Source: Trichodelitschia bisporula
Taxonomy: Eukaryota
Length of the DNA: 64,000 bases
Direction: 5' to 3'
Assembly (NCBI GenBank): GCA_010356995.1
Contig: ML996687.1
Span: 993,803-1,057,802, forward strand
Positions 13,336 to 26,464 of the stretch are shown in pieces. Under the pieces are notes generated by a model, which saw only the letters and a list, made by a program, of their open reading frames with translations, was not told the DNA's origin and made no database searches. Position numbers and translations under genes: made by a program. Position 1 is the first letter of the stretch. Each line of letters starts with the position of its first letter.

Positions 13336-14237
13336 CTTGACGCACTAGTTCTCCGGCCGACTCAAGGATTGCCCGATACGCTGCTGGCGTCGACTGCGAA
13401 AGGCGTCGTGCGCAAGCGGTGCCCGTTGGTTGCGACCGCGAAGACCCAGGGCGGCTTGAGCGCCGGCAGGTTGCCACCTACCGTAGCGGAACGACGGAAT
13501 ACCTCGATCTTGCAAAGCCGTATCTGTATTTGAACTGCGTGCTCGATCTACCGTGTACTTGCGTAGCGGAGCACAAGGGTTGCGATTCCGCTGCGGTATT
13601 TGGGTTCCTTGGGGGGAGGATGCACTTGGATGGTGCGAAGCGGCTCGAAGGTTTGGAAGGGGTATTCTCGCTGACTAAGACCCATTCACCTCTGATTCGG
13701 CTTGGCGGCTTGGCAAATATCCGCCTGCCCAGTGTACCTCCGCACTTTCGTACCAACGTACTGTGGTAGCAGGTGGTCAGCGACAGTCTAGGAATAGAAG
13801 ACACTCTTCCTGAACATGCTTGAATGTCCTGGTATCCTCAAGTAATGTGTCTTCACTATTGAAGAGTTGCTGAGGTGGATCCCGGCCTGTGAGCACGTGA
13901 CACCCGGTTTACTTGGCACAGACCATACTCTTTCATTATTGCCTCTGGCGGCTTCTGGGAGCATGCCTGCATGCCTCTCTCTCTGCCTGAGGCCCTGGGG
14001 TGTTTGCCTAAATTTATTCCAGGCAGCAGTCGGATATATGTCCCAGAGTACGCAGTAAGGGACTACCAGTTCCCCTCTCTCACATCACAAGCTCAACTTA
14101 GCCAACCTTCCTCTCCCTGCCAGCTTTACACATTACTGACCGACCCCGCACTGCGGTTCGACAGTTTCGCCATCGCCTCTGAACCTACTGTTCCCTAAAG
14201 AGCTTTCTACGTCGCGTCTTCCGACGCCGCCGCCATC

Positions 14238-17036
14238 ATGTCTAGCCGCAAGGACTTTCTCAACCAACCTGCCCCTGAAAACTATGTTGCGGGCCTTGGT
14301 CGCGGTGCAACAGGATTCACGACGCGCTCGGATCTTGGGCCGGCTAGAGAAGGCCCTAGCGAGGAGCAGCTCAAGGAAGCCCTCGCACGTCGCGCGAAGC
14401 AGCTCGAACTCGGCACTCCTACGGCCTACGGCGTACCGGATCGAAAAGATGACGATGATGACGACGAGCGATTCCAGGATCCAGACAATGAAGTTGGTCT
14501 TTTCGCCAACGGTTTGTACGACAAAGAAGATGATGAGGCGGATAGGATATATCAGTCCGTTGATGAGCGGATGGAGAAGCGTCGGAAGGCGCGGCGTGAA
14601 GCTCGCGAGAGGAAAGAACGGGAGGAATACGAAGCAAAAAATCCCAAGATTTCCCAGCAATTTGCCGACGCTAAACGCGCGCTGTCAACTATCACCGACG
14701 ACGAGTGGGCGAACATTCCGGAAGTCGGGGATTTGACAGGCAGGAACAGGCGTGCGAGGATCAGTCGGATGCAGCAGCGGTTCTATGCCGTTCCAGACAG
14801 CGTTATCGCCGGCGCACGCGACTCTTCACAGATTGAAACTAGCATCTCTGCTGACGATGCCAACGGATCGAACGACGCGGCAGATGGTACTATGACCAAC
14901 TTTGCTCAGATCGGTGCAGCTCGTGAAAAGCAGCTTCAGGTCCGGTTGGACCAAGCGGAACGAGGGTCCGCTACGGAAACAATATCGGGAACGTCCACCA
15001 GTATCGATCCTCGAGGCTACCTCACGAGCTTGTCGAAATCGGAGATAAAGGCCGGTGAAGCGAACATCGGTGACATAGCGAGAACAAGGCAGCTTTTGGA
15101 GTCCGTCACTAACAGCAATCCCACTCACCCTCCTGGCTGGATATCGGCTGCGCGCCTTGAAGAAGTTGCTGGCAAGATTGTGGCTGCTAGAAGCCAGATC
15201 ATGCGAGGCTGCAAAAATTGTCCAAAGAGCGAAGACGTGTGGCTGGAGGCCATTCGGCTCCATATGGGCGGAAATAATCATAACGCCAAAATCATTGCGG
15301 CGGACGCCATCAAAGCCAATCCCAAGAGCGTGAAGCTATGGATTGCTGCCATGGAACTTGAGAGCGACCCTAGAGCAAAGAAACGTGTGCTTCGGCAAGC
15401 TCTTGATCACAACTCCAAGTCGGTTGTTCTGTGGAAAGCGGCCAGCAACTTGGAGGAGGATCCTGCCGATGCTAGATTGCTTCTTGCCAAGGCAACGGAG
15501 TGCATACCTCTCAGTATCGAGCTTTGGCTAGCACTGGCTCGATTGGAGACACCGGAGAATGCCCGCGCCGTGCTTAACAAGGCTCGTCGTGCCATTCCAA
15601 CGTCCTACGAGGTGTGGATCGCAGCTTGCCGACTGGAGGAGCAAACCAGTAACGGAGCAATGGTGCGTAAGGTGATGGAACGCGGCATCAAATCACTAGC
15701 CAAGGAGTCGGCCATGTTGAAGCGTGAGGAGTGGATAGCTGAGGCCGAGAAGGCTGAGTCCGAGGGAGCCTACGGCACCTGCAACGCCATCATTGAAAAT
15801 ACACTTGGCTGGGAGTTGGAGGAGGATGACGACAGGAAGGACATATGGCTTAACGACGCAAAAGACTGCATCAATCGGGGACGCTTTGAGACTGCTCGAG
15901 CAATATACGCCTATGCGCTGCGCGTCTTCGTCAACAAAAAGTCGGTGTGGCAGGCGGCTGCGGACCTGGAGTATAGTCACGGCACAAGAGAGAAACTGCT
16001 TAGCATTCTAGACAAGGCGGTCGAAGCCTGTCCACAGTCGGATGAGCTCTGGCTCCAGCTCGCAAAAGAGAAGCGCAAAAATGACGAAATCGACGATGCC
16101 CGGCTGGTGCTGGCCAAGGCTTTCCAGCAAAACCCAAGCGAAAATATCTGGCTTGCGGCCGTTAAGCTTGAGGCAGACAGCAATGATTTTGACCAAGCTC
16201 GTGAGTTGCTCACCCGAGCTCGACAGGAAGCCGGCACAGATCGCGTCTGGATCAAGAGCGTGGCATTCGAGCGCCAGTTGGAGAACCACGGTGCCGCTTT
16301 GGACCTCGTTAACCAAGGCCTGCAAATCTACCCTAACTGTGCGAAGCTCTGGATGATGAAGGGTCAAATATACGAGGCCAAAGGTATGGTTCCCAAAGCA
16401 CGAGAAGCCTACAATACCGGCACTCGCGCATGTCCCAAATCGGTCCCACTCTGGCTCCTCGCGAGCCGCATCGAGGAGAAGGCGGGAATCACAGTCAAGG
16501 CACGCTCAGTGCTTGATCGCGCTCGGCTTGCAGTCCCCAAAAATGCGGCACTGTGGGCCGAGAGCGTTCGTCTCGAGCGGCGTGCTGGCAATATCCCAGC
16601 TGCAAACAACCTAATGGCGCAAGCATTGCAAGAGTTGCCCAAGTCTGGACTGTTGTGGTCGGAAAAGATTATGCATCTTGAGCAGCGCACCCAACGGAAG
16701 GCCCGTGTGCTCGAGGCCATTCGCCTAGTGGAAAACGACAAACATCTGTTCACTGCAGTCGGACGCATATTCTGGGCGGAGCGCCGACTCGAGAAGGCAG
16801 CAAATTGGTTTGAGCGCGCTCTGGTAGTGGATTCGGACTGGGGCGACACCTGGGCTTGGTACTACAAGTTCTTGATGGAATATGGCACGGAGGAGAAGAA
16901 GGAAGACGTGCTTGCAAAGTGTGCGATGGCGGAGCCAAAGCACGGCGAAGTGTGGCAGAGGATCTCAAAAGATCCAAAGAACGCAGGGAAGAAGCCGGAG
17001 GAGATTCTACTCATGGTGGTGGCCGAGCTCAAGTGA
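14238..17036 (+). CDS. PRP6: Pre-mRNA splicing factor Prp6/Prp1 (U5-102K), intronless
   Basis: YVAGLGRGATGFTTRSDLGPAR, DDEADRIY, IPEVGDLT, HAT/TPR repeats, C-terminal EPKHGEVWQ. Confidence 0.97.
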   Translation: MSSRKDFLNQPAPENYVAGLGRGATGFTTRSDLGPAREGPSEEQLKEALARRAKQLELGTPTAYGVPDRKDDDDDDERFQDPDNEVGLFANGLYDKEDDEADRIYQSVDERMEKRRKARREARERKEREEYEAKNPKISQQFADAKRALSTITDDEWANIPEVGDLTGRNRRARISRMQQRFYAVPDSVIAGARDSSQIETSISADDANGSNDAADGTMTNFAQIGAAREKQLQVRLDQAERGSATETISGTSTSIDPRGYLTSLSKSEIKAGEANIGDIARTRQLLESVTNSNPTHPPGWISAARLEEVAGKIVAARSQIMRGCKNCPKSEDVWLEAIRLHMGGNNHNAKIIAADAIKANPKSVKLWIAAMELESDPRAKKRVLRQALDHNSKSVVLWKAASNLEEDPADARLLLAKATECIPLSIELWLALARLETPENARAVLNKARRAIPTSYEVWIAACRLEEQTSNGAMVRKVMERGIKSLAKESAMLKREEWIAEAEKAESEGAYGTCNAIIENTLGWELEEDDDRKDIWLNDAKDCINRGRFETARAIYAYALRVFVNKKSVWQAAADLEYSHGTREKLLSILDKAVEACPQSDELWLQLAKEKRKNDEIDDARLVLAKAFQQNPSENIWLAAVKLEADSNDFDQARELLTRARQEAGTDRVWIKSVAFERQLENHGAALDLVNQGLQIYPNCAKLWMMKGQIYEAKGMVPKAREAYNTGTRACPKSVPLWLLASRIEEKAGITVKARSVLDRARLAVPKNAALWAESVRLERRAGNIPAANNLMAQALQELPKSGLLWSEKIMHLEQRTQRKARVLEAIRLVENDKHLFTAVGRIFWAERRLEKAANWFERALVVDSDWGDTWAWYYKFLMEYGTEEKKEDVLAKCAMAEPKHGEVWQRISKDPKNAGKKPEEILLMVVAELK

Positions 17037-17476
17037 GCGGCAGGAAACTCGATGTAAATTAGGGTAGATTATGAGTTCCCGCATAGGAGCTGAGGGAATC
17101 CATATCTATAAAGAACTCACTAGTTCGTGATAGCATGCTAGCAGGTCAATGTGTACGAGTATAATACTTTATGTTGACGAATGCCTTGATAACCTACAGT
17201 AGCTTTACTGGTCAGTTGCACTTATCGTTGTCGCCGGGCTCTTTCCATCAGCCCTTCGCCCCGTTTGCTCGCTTGAGCTACCCCACCATTTCGAAGTACC
17301 GTACAGTCATCCAATGTCCTAGAACTGACACGCTCAGTGACTCCGCCGACACATTGACAGTCACGGATTCCGCGCGTTTAAGCACTCCCCTACCCTGTTG
17401 GCGCTTAATTTATTTTCCTGGCATTGTCCTGACGCTCCCTGCGGGTCCGCACTCTCACCCCCACCACCTCTTAGCT

Positions 17477-17483
17477 TGACTCA
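17477..17483. promoter_or_regulatory. Gcn4/CpcA site TGACTCA upstream of AsnRS
   Basis: Exact consensus; a second TGACTC at 17338-17343. Confidence 0.6.
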
Positions 17484-17514
17484 TCCAACGCTCCTGCACG
17501 TCCGAAGTGGTCAA

Positions 17515-19435
17515 ATGGCCAGCCAAACCCCAATTGCGCTCCCTATACGCACAAAATCTTCCCAGCAGTCTTCCGGAGCTATGGCTGAACCCAAGAGCAT
17601 AGTGTACGTCGACGAGGACGTCGGCGTCGACGAAGCGAGCGTGCCCGGCACCGAGGCCCAGCCGTTCAAGACTGTCGTGTTTGCTTATATCCAGACCCAA
17701 GGAGCTGCCGATTATCTGACGCGGAAGTCGAAAACGGGAACCGTTCTCGAGGGTGCAGACAAGAGTGCCTTGCTCGAATGGAAGCCTGCTGCGAAAAGCG
17801 TACGACTTTGCTCGACCCCATCTGCACCAGCCCTGCGTGAAGCTAACATGACGTGTTAGGCTCTCAAAAAGGCCGTCAACGCTTTACAGCAACACCAGAA
17901 GAAGGCAGCCCGTGAAAAGGAACTGGCCGTCCAGCGGCAAAAAGAAGATAAAGCGCGTCATGCGGCATTTGAAGAAGCGAAGAAGATTGTGATAGAGGAA
18001 GATAGCTCTCTTCCCAAGGCGAAGCGGATACGTCTGGACGACCAAGAGGACATCAAACTCCGAAGCGCCTCTGCGGCAGGTGACAGCGTGGAGGAGCGTG
18101 GTACCCGCATCCGGGTGTTCGGTCGGGTGCACAACCTACGCAAGCAAAAGGATGTCATCTTCATTGAACTCAAGGATGGCTATGGCAAGATGCAGTGCCT
18201 GCTCACTGGCAAGCTGGCCAAAACGTACGACGCTTTGACTTTGACCCGCGAGACTTCTATTGAGATTTACGGCGAGCTCTACGAAGTCCCCCCTGGTGCG
18301 AAGGCCTCCCTCAACCGCGAACTGCATGCGGACTATTTCCGGATAGAGCCGATCTGGAAGGCCGCCGGTGGTGAGGATGCCATCACTACACGCGTCGCCC
18401 CCGGCGCCGATCCGACTACTCTTCTCAACCTGCGCCATCTGACCCTGCGCGGTGATAAGGCTTCGGCAGTCATGCTCGTACGCGACTATATTGAACATGC
18501 CTTTTTGAGCGTGTATCGCTCCCTGCGTATGCGCAAAGTGAGCCCGCCGGCCCTGGTGCAGACGCAGGTTGAGGGCGGAGCTACACTTTTCAAATTCGAC
18601 TATTACGGCGAGACGTCCTTTCTCACTCAATCATCGCAGTTGTACCTTGAAACTTGTCTGCCGTCTATGGGCGACGTTTACTGTATCGAGAAGTCGTTCC
18701 GGGCCGAAAAGTCGCTCACTCGCCGCCATCTGAGCGAGTACACCCACATTGAGGCCGAACTTGACTTCATCTCTTTCGACGATCTGCTTGACCATATCGA
18801 GCTTGTTATCAGCCGCGTGATTGAGATGATCCTCGGGGACCCGGAGACTGCGAGTCACATCAAGCGTCTGAACCCTTCGTTCGAAGTCCCGAAGCTGCCG
18901 TTCTTGCGCATGAGGTACTCTGATGCAATCGACTGGCTCAACGAACATGGCATTGAGAATGAGGATGGTAAAACACATGCCTTTGGAGACGATATCGCCG
19001 AGGCGGCTGAGCGGCGGATGACCGATATTCTTAACCAGACTGTCCTCCTGACGCATTTCCCAGTCGAGATCAAGGCGTTTTACATGCAAAAGGACAAGAA
19101 CGACCCTCGGGTTACAGAGAGTGTTGATGTACTCGTGCCGGGTGTGGGCGAGGTCGTCGGCGGCAGCATGAGGATGGATGACTACAACGAACTGATGGCG
19201 GCCTACAAGCGGGAAGGCATCGACCCCGAGCCGTACTACTGGTACATTGACCAGCGGAAGTAAGCATTGCCCTCCCTTGTGCGTTTATTGATGCTCACAC
19301 TGCTTCAGGTACGGATCTTCGCCACATGGAGGCTATGGGCTCGGTCTGGAGCGCTTCTTGGCCTGGATCTGTGGGCTCCACACTGTACGCGAGGCTTGCC
19401 TCTACCCGAGATACATGAACCGCTGCACGCCATAG
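17515..19435 (+). CDS. DED81: Cytosolic asparaginyl-tRNA synthetase (introns 17800-17859, 19260-19308; alternative start 17581)
   Basis: [82 protein letters not shown]. Confidence 0.97.
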
Positions 19436-20702
19436 AGGGATAGTATAATGCCGACAGCGCATCTTCTACGGACATGGCTGATTCTCCTTGCTATGACTAG
19501 CCCCCGGAGTATATAAATCACTGCTAATGCCCGACCTCTTGGTCGGTCTGGATAAAACCCGGATAGAAGTCGGGCTTGTGACTCTTGCTTCGGTGCATAT
19601 GTAACTGGCTGATACGTCGACTCCCATGGTTGCCTGGGGTCCGATGTCCTTGAGAATACGCTGCGCTTGGTGAGATTATCCAGCGATACCTCCATTTTCA
19701 CAAGGCTCCCTTTGGAAGTTAGAGCGCCTCTGGGCGCCAGAAGGTAAACTATTGGAGTGAAGAGCTATCGCTTGTACTTAGAGCCTCAGCACCCCGCCTT
19801 GCCAGTGGTAGAATCCTCTAAAGACGAGCCACGTACTGCACACTTGGATTGTTGGAGTGGGTTTGGCTCCGGTTCTAATGTCTCTTCCCCCCTTCGCCAT
19901 ATTCCCCCAGTCACGGTAATTTTGACGAGGCCCACGGAACTTGTCGCAGAGTGCACGTGTAGAGGGTACAGATGAGGTTACGAAGGCGCCATAATTGGCA
20001 CATTGTGCATTCCTCAGTGTGGCACAGTGTGATGTGAACAGATACGTTATAAGCATGGCATTCCTGAAAACATGGAGTATTGGAGCACGGAACACGTTGG
20101 CGGCACTTGATACCATGCTCGGGTGCAAAAGAGAGACAGCGAAAACTGCCAGGCGGAAGGGATGCGACACGCCATCCGGCAAAGACCTGAGGTCGAGCTG
20201 TCTTTGTGGCACTGCTTGAGTGGTCATCTGCTCCCCCTACTGGTAGGCAGATCAATTGGGAGAGAGGGAAACATATAAGGTTATGGCGGGCACGGGCAGC
20301 TGCCGTCAGGTCCGAGATACACCTGAACACTTCAAAAGAAAGGTACGAGGCAAAGGCGAAGGCAGCATGAATTCCCTCTTCATCCCGCAGCGCTGTTTTG
20401 AGGGCGCGAGGTCGTTCGGTGTGGAATCTGAAGTGAGGCACGTTTCGCCGATACGAGCGCCCTTACGCCTCAGGCACCCACAGCTTTCGCGTCCTACCAC
20501 AGCCACAAACGGACCTGCGCCACAAAAGTTCCCCCGGGGCGACAACTTCGCAGGTCCGTCACGACCGCGACCAGCTCCCACAGCTCTGTCGGCCACTTCA
20601 TCAACACTACAACTTCATCAAGTCGCATCCTCCTCTTCCACCTCTGTACCTTCAGAAACACCTTTGCTTCCTTCTTCCCTGCGCAACCCCTCAACATACG
20701 CC

Positions 20703-21607
20703 ATGTCGTCCGCCAGTAAAGCCGCTTCGGGCCCGGAATATGAGCTCCAAGCGGTCATCCGCCGCCTCCGCACACTCCTCACATCCCGCGACTACGCATC
20801 AGCCGCATCGCTGCTGACCCAGGGCAAGGCCCATCTCCTGCGCCTCAACGCCCTGCTGCCATCATCGAACACACCACGCGCACACCTCATTCTCGCGCGT
20901 GAGGTGCTGGAGGCTGGCGCGCTGACGTCGCTACATTTGCGCGACATGGATGCCTTTGTGCGCTACGTTCAACAACTGCAAGGCTTCTACGTGCTGCCAG
21001 AGTCAGTGCTCCCGCGCCAGGGCGATAATGCGAGCAAGATTACCGGCCTGTACATGCTGCTGCTGCTAAGCCGCGGTGACTACGCAGCGTTCCATACGGT
21101 ACTGGAGACATTGGAGGTGGGCGGAGATGACCGTCCTGGCCGTGTTGAGGACGACAAGTTCATTCAGTACCCAGTGCGGTTGGAGCAGGCTCTCATGGAG
21201 GGCAGCTACGATCGTGTGTGGGGAGAGACCAAGGGCAATCGGGTTCCGGCGGAGGAGTTCAGTATCTTCTCAGAAGTCAGTGCTTGCTACGGGCGATTTG
21301 GACGTGACATATAGCTAACAGCCAACAGGTCCTGGTCAACACAATTCGCCTCGAGATTGCGTCATGTTCCGAGCAAGCCTACCCTTCCGTGCCTATCTCC
21401 AACGCCAAAAACCTCTTCTTCCTGGAATCCGAGGGTCAAGTGGTCGAGTTCGCAAAAGAGCGGGGCTGGACCGTACGGGATGGTCGGATATACTTCCCGC
21501 ACCAGGAGCAGGAAGGGCTAGCTAGCGAAAAGGACATCCTCACCACCAGCAAGCAGGTCATAGAGAACACGTTGGGGTACACGCGGGAACTGGAGACGAT
21601 TGTGTGA
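20703..21607 (+). CDS. RPN12: 26S proteasome lid subunit Rpn12 (intron 21276-21328)
   Basis: AREVLEAGAL, ITGLYMLLLLS, FHTVLE, YPVRLEQALMEGSYDRVW, TIRLEIASCSEQAY; C-terminus YTRELETIV. Confidence 0.94.
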
Positions 21608-21996
21608 AAGGGTAGCGGGTGATAATGGATCATGGGTGCTAGGGGGGTAGAGGGCGTCTGTCACAATTATACATCAACATTTTAGCGATTCAGAGCACAC
21701 ATTGCGCTCCACATTGGTGATTGCAGTCTTCAGCGATACCTCCCTTACCTCTCATCACTTTCCTTCACAGTGGCCATATAATTATTACACATTGCAGACA
21801 GGTGGTCGCTAACAGGCAATGGTTACTCCACATAAAGCGAAAACAGCTGCTCTGCGCTACAGAACTGGCCCTGACAGCACTTCCACATCACTTCCGTACG
21901 TCACCAGGTGACTAGCCTTTCTTTTTGGGGTTGAAAAACACTTGCGCCCCAACACCGTCCATGCCCCCCTGATATAGACCCACACCATGCTCGCAT

Positions 21997-23037
21997 CTAC
22001 GCTTCCGCAACAACACCTTCATCACTCTCGCTATCGTCAGAATCACCGCTGACCTCCTGGTTCTCGCGCTCCCGCTTGTCCATGAGAGCCTGAAGTTCCG
22101 CCTCGTCGTTCTCCGTCACAGCCTTGGGCGCCATCCGGACAACGCAGCTCCCGCCACTTTTGGTGATACTCTCTTCAATCTCCTTAATTGCCTCCTCAAG
22201 CATACCGATGCCCTGCTTCTTATCGAGGCACTGGCTCGTGAGGACGTAGAGAGGCGGGCTGACGAGCTTGACCTTGACTTGCGTCTCGGGCGTGTTATTC
22301 GCCTCAGCACGGCGAAGAGCGTCCTTGACGGCATCGATACCTTCGTACCCAAAGCACGTAACCTCAACATCGGCGCGCACCTTGGTCGGCTGTGGCGTCA
22401 GGCGCTTGCCAATGTACGACTGGAGCTCCTGCTTGACCACTTCACTGGGGAATGTGATATCATTCCACACATCCGGATTGGTGATGGAAAGCTTAAATGC
22501 GTCAATGGCATGCCCGTACTTTTTGTTCAGCGGCCAACCAATGGACTCGTAGAGCTTCTCCATCGGCGTGTCGGTCTTCTCAGCCACGTGGCGCATGATA
22601 GAGTGCACCATCTTAGACTTGTTATAGCGCTCCTCGCACTTGACGATATCTTCAGCGGACACGCGACGCTTGGAAAGGTCGATGTATCCTATGCAGGGCG
22701 TGTCAGACTGTGAGCGCGGGACAGATCGTATTGCAACCTACCCTTCTCCTTGTCGACACGAAGCACGACGACCACCTCATTACGGCCAACGCGGATGAGC
22801 TTTTGGATGCTGCGTATGCGTCTGCGCGAAAGTTCGCTGAGGAGGATCATGCCGTCGATATTGTCGTATTCTAGGAGCTTGACGTAGGCGCCCATCTCGG
22901 CGATCTAAAGCCTGGATCAGTACATGGCAAAATTTGCATGCAAATAAATAAAGCATTACCTGCTTGACGTTCACCATGACATGGCTCTCGACCTCAGGGT
23001 ACTTTTCCTCGTAGTACCGGCAGTTGGTTAGCGACAT
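21997..23037 (-). CDS. SUI2: Translation initiation factor eIF2 alpha (2 introns)
   Basis: [34 protein letters not shown] (Ser51 motif), [17 protein letters not shown]. Confidence 0.98.
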
Positions 23038-23290
23038 GGCGCCAATGTTTGACCGAAGATAGAGGTCGGGTAGAGGGGGGAAGTGCTGCAGCAGGAGAAG
23101 TCCTGGGGGCAAGATGAGGACTTGAAAGGTGAGCGGCGGGTAAAGGGTGAGATGTTGAGGAGTTGGAAAGGTAAAGGTGTAGTGGGTTGGTGGAGGGGTT
23201 CGTGACTGGTAGTGGGGATGTGGGGCAAAATCTTGACTGTGCCAAGATTTTGCTCGATGAGCTCCGGTGCCAGTGGTGGCATCTGCCAAG

Positions 23291-23390
23291 GGCTACCCCC
23301 GAAAAAGTCGTGGCCGCCCCCACCTCCGACTTTTGCTGAGTCATACAGACTGTTCACCGGGGTGAGCGGCCACGACTTTTTGGGGTAGCC
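23291..23390. repeat. ~25-bp inverted repeat enclosing a TGAGTCA site (23337-23343), upstream of eIF2 alpha
   Basis: GGCTACCCC(CG)AAAAAGTCGTGGCCGC (23291-23317) is the reverse complement of GCGGCCACGACTTTTTGGGGTAGCC (23366-23390) apart from a 2-nt bulge. Confidence 0.85.
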
Positions 23391-23648
23391 ATTGTGTACT
23401 GATGAGTCCATCATGTATCTTCCAAGCTCTTGTAGCAAAGCTGGACTTTAGCCGATGGATTAATTTGACACTACAATCAAAGATGAACGCCGTGCGCCTC
23501 ATTGGTATTCGGGACTACCTGACCTTTATCATATGAGGCGAATCCCACACCTGCGCGTCCCCAACCAGCCACCTCAAATCTGCGCTAAAAGCCCGATCGC
23601 CCTTCAAATGCAGTCGAAACTCGCCAGCACCTGCTGCATCCCGCAAGC

Positions 23649-24660
23649 CTAGTCCATAGAAGTCACCACATTCGAGAACTCGCCCTTCGTGAGCTTGGTG
23701 TCCCAGAAAATAGGGTTCATGTCACTGAAGCCATGCTTAACCCAGCCATCCTCCTTGACATGGTACAGGTTGATGGAACCACCGGAATAGGCGTCACGAT
23801 GCATAGCGGCAAGGATGCTGCGGCGCCCGAGATCGAGAGCTTCCTGCTCGGTCAGGTCGTAGCGATACTCGGCATCGAGCACGCCATAGGCAAACGTCTG
23901 GCCCGAACCAACGCAGAAGAGGTTACCAGCAAGGCGCGTTCCATCACTGTCAATGTAGTAGAGCGCGGGCCCTTCTTGGGGGGTAACACCGGCGCACATG
24001 GTGCCCTAAAAGCGCATATTAGCTTGTGGTCTTCTCCACAGCTCCGTCAAAAGACAAGATGTACCATGCTCAGGCCCATGCCCTTGTACGAGTAAACTAG
24101 GTTGGCGAGGATCTTGGAGGCCGCGGCCACGGAGATACGGCGCTTATGCCGCAGCTCATGGAGCCGGCACTGCATGCCCAGGTAGGCGAGCCAGTACTGG
24201 CAATCCTGAACATTTGCATCAGTAACCTTTCCGGCGGTATACATTCCCATCAACGTACGGCCGCGCCACCTGCCATAGTCCCGAGCAGGCAGTTGTTGAT
24301 CTCGATAACCTTCTTGACGGTCTGACTGGCTATCCAGCTCCCAGCCGTCGCTCTGGAATCTGTGCACACTATGATGCCGCCCTGGAAGCGGAAGGCGAGT
24401 GTCGTGGTGCCGTGGGCAATCTTGATGGGGCAGTTGGGGTTGGAGTAGTCGTCCGTCATCGCTCGTAACCAGGCCGAGGGCTGCCTCAGAGGTTAGAAGA
24501 ACCTGGAAGCAGCTTAAATGGGACATACCTGAGCCACTGGTGGGAGAGCAAACTTCAGCGACAGCGGCGGCGTGACCTCTGACAGCTCCTGCTGCTCATC
24601 TTGCGAATATCCTTCGCTGGCATACGCCGGCTGGCTGTACTGGGCGACTAGCGAGTCCAT
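23649..24660 (-). CDS. PRE2: 20S proteasome beta5 subunit (3 introns)
   Basis: Propeptide then [55 protein letters not shown]. Confidence 0.97.
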
Positions 24661-25069
24661 CGTTACAGATTTGGGTGGGGGAGGAGGAAGACGCAAGGGG
24701 TAACTAGTGCAGGTGGACAATGTGCCAAAGAAGATGGTCACCGGATTCGGGAGATGGGTTGGGCTGACCGTAGGTGTGTTGAAGCTCTACAGTAGCTCCC
24801 CAAACGTGACGCGCCTCCAGCGGTTGCCTTGCAGCTGCCAAGACCTTGCTAGGCGATAAGGCTCACAATCAGATTAAGGTATAATGCACGTGACAATAGT
24901 TCCTTTTCAAGAATCAGCACTCAGAAGCTGGAACAATGGAAGATATTGACAATAGCATCTGCTCAATTAGAACTAAATGGCCGTCACGCGTCGGTCTGAA
25001 GCTCTCAGACCTGTATATCAAGAAAACTAAAACGCCCGCAATGATGCTGCACTGGAAACAAAGGGCCCT

Positions 25070-26464
25070 CTAATGAATTCGATCCAGACGCGACTTGTTG
25101 AGCGCAATCTCATCATCAACGCGATCCACTTTCCCTCCAATGCGTTCAATGTGACGGTTCTGAGACTCAACCTCCTGTCCCATGGCCTTAGCAAGTCCGT
25201 TCAGCCCGCGCACCGCGCCGTGGAGTTGGTGCAAGTTGCTGTCAATCTCATCTTCCATAGCCTCATCCTCAGAGTCTGCCTCGAATTGGTACTTGGCCCG
25301 GTCTGCTAGGCTAGCCTTCGTCCGGGCTGCCGCAGGCACGCGGCCCGCTTCACGTGAAAGGTCCTGCTGTCGCGCAGCAGTGGACCAGGCGGCAGCACGA
25401 GTGGCATCTCTCATCTCTCGGTCTTTGCGCGCCTGTTCAAGGACGGTTTGCTCGCGCTCAGCAGTGCGTTTGGAAGAGCTGTTACTTGTCAGTTCTCTTG
25501 CCAGGCAGCATGTAATTTTTTTTTCGGAAACTTACGTGAATGGGTTCGAGACGTGCACTGCAAACATGCTGCGGTTCAGCGTCTTGATCTCCCTAGCCTT
25601 TTCTGCAGCCAACCGGTTCTGATTACTGGCTAGATCCAGGTTGCGTTCAGTGTTGTGGATCCGTTCTCCTTGGGCACCCAGCCGTTCGAGAGTAGCACGC
25701 CCGGTCTCCTCCGCCTGTGCAGCAATACGGAGCGCATTGCGTGTGGATGAGACATCCTGCTGCTTTACAAATCGAATCTCTTGTTTGGCAGCCAGAATAT
25801 CTTCCTCCTCCTGCTCCTCGGCGGTCAGTTGCCGGTCAGCGTACGCACCATATCCGGCATTGCTACCATATGCAGACCCATCGGTGCCGCCACCATCTTG
25901 ACCTGGTGCGGGTGACGCCGAGCCCGTGATATCTTGCTGAACAGCACTCTGGCCTCCGTACCGGCCAGCGCCGCCAGCATATCTTCCTGCTCCGCCAGCA
26001 CCTAGGGATTGAGGTGCTGGTTGCTGCTGTCCCGGGGGGGGTGCCGGTCCTCCGCCATACCGCCCAACAGGCGGAGGTGTGGGATTCCCACTGGTTTGCC
26101 CATCAAGTGCGCCTTGTCCCGGGGCCCGGCCAAACCCGCCATACCCGCTGTTTCCATAACGAGACCCAGCGGCCTCCGCCTGCGAAGCACCATACCGGCT
26201 TGCACCCCCACCAGCACCATATCCACCGTAATTGGCGCTCCCGGCGCCGTAGCGATCTTGCTGACCCCCGCCGTAGCCCCCTGGCGGAACCGGGGACTTC
26301 TCCTGGCGGACACGGTCGACTGAACTGTTGTTGCTGCTAGCATACGGCGGTGGGGGAGCGCCTGTAGTGTACGGGTCTGGGTCGGACTGCTGCGCATATG
26401 GGTTTGAGGGTGCGGGCGACTTCGACCCTCCGTCTTTGTCTTTGCGGAAGCCGAATTTCTTCAT
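25070..26464 (-). CDS. SEC9: t-SNARE Sec9 (SNAP-25-like; 1 intron)
   Basis: G/Y-rich N-terminus; EEEDILAAKQEIRFVKQQDVSSTRNAL, LNRSMFAVHVSNPF, YQFEADSEDEAMEDEIDSNL; two SNARE coils. Confidence 0.93.

Noticed and set aside
19778..20441. Overlapping 149- and 176-aa minus-strand ORFs (one Cys-rich) and small hairpins between AsnRS and RPN12
   Set aside because: No recognisable domain or consistent splice pattern; hairpins are short and lack snoRNA boxes.
10941..24894. CACGTGAC (Cbf1-type E-box) at 10941, 13894 and 24887
   Set aside because: Common in fungal housekeeping promoters; not specific to this cluster.
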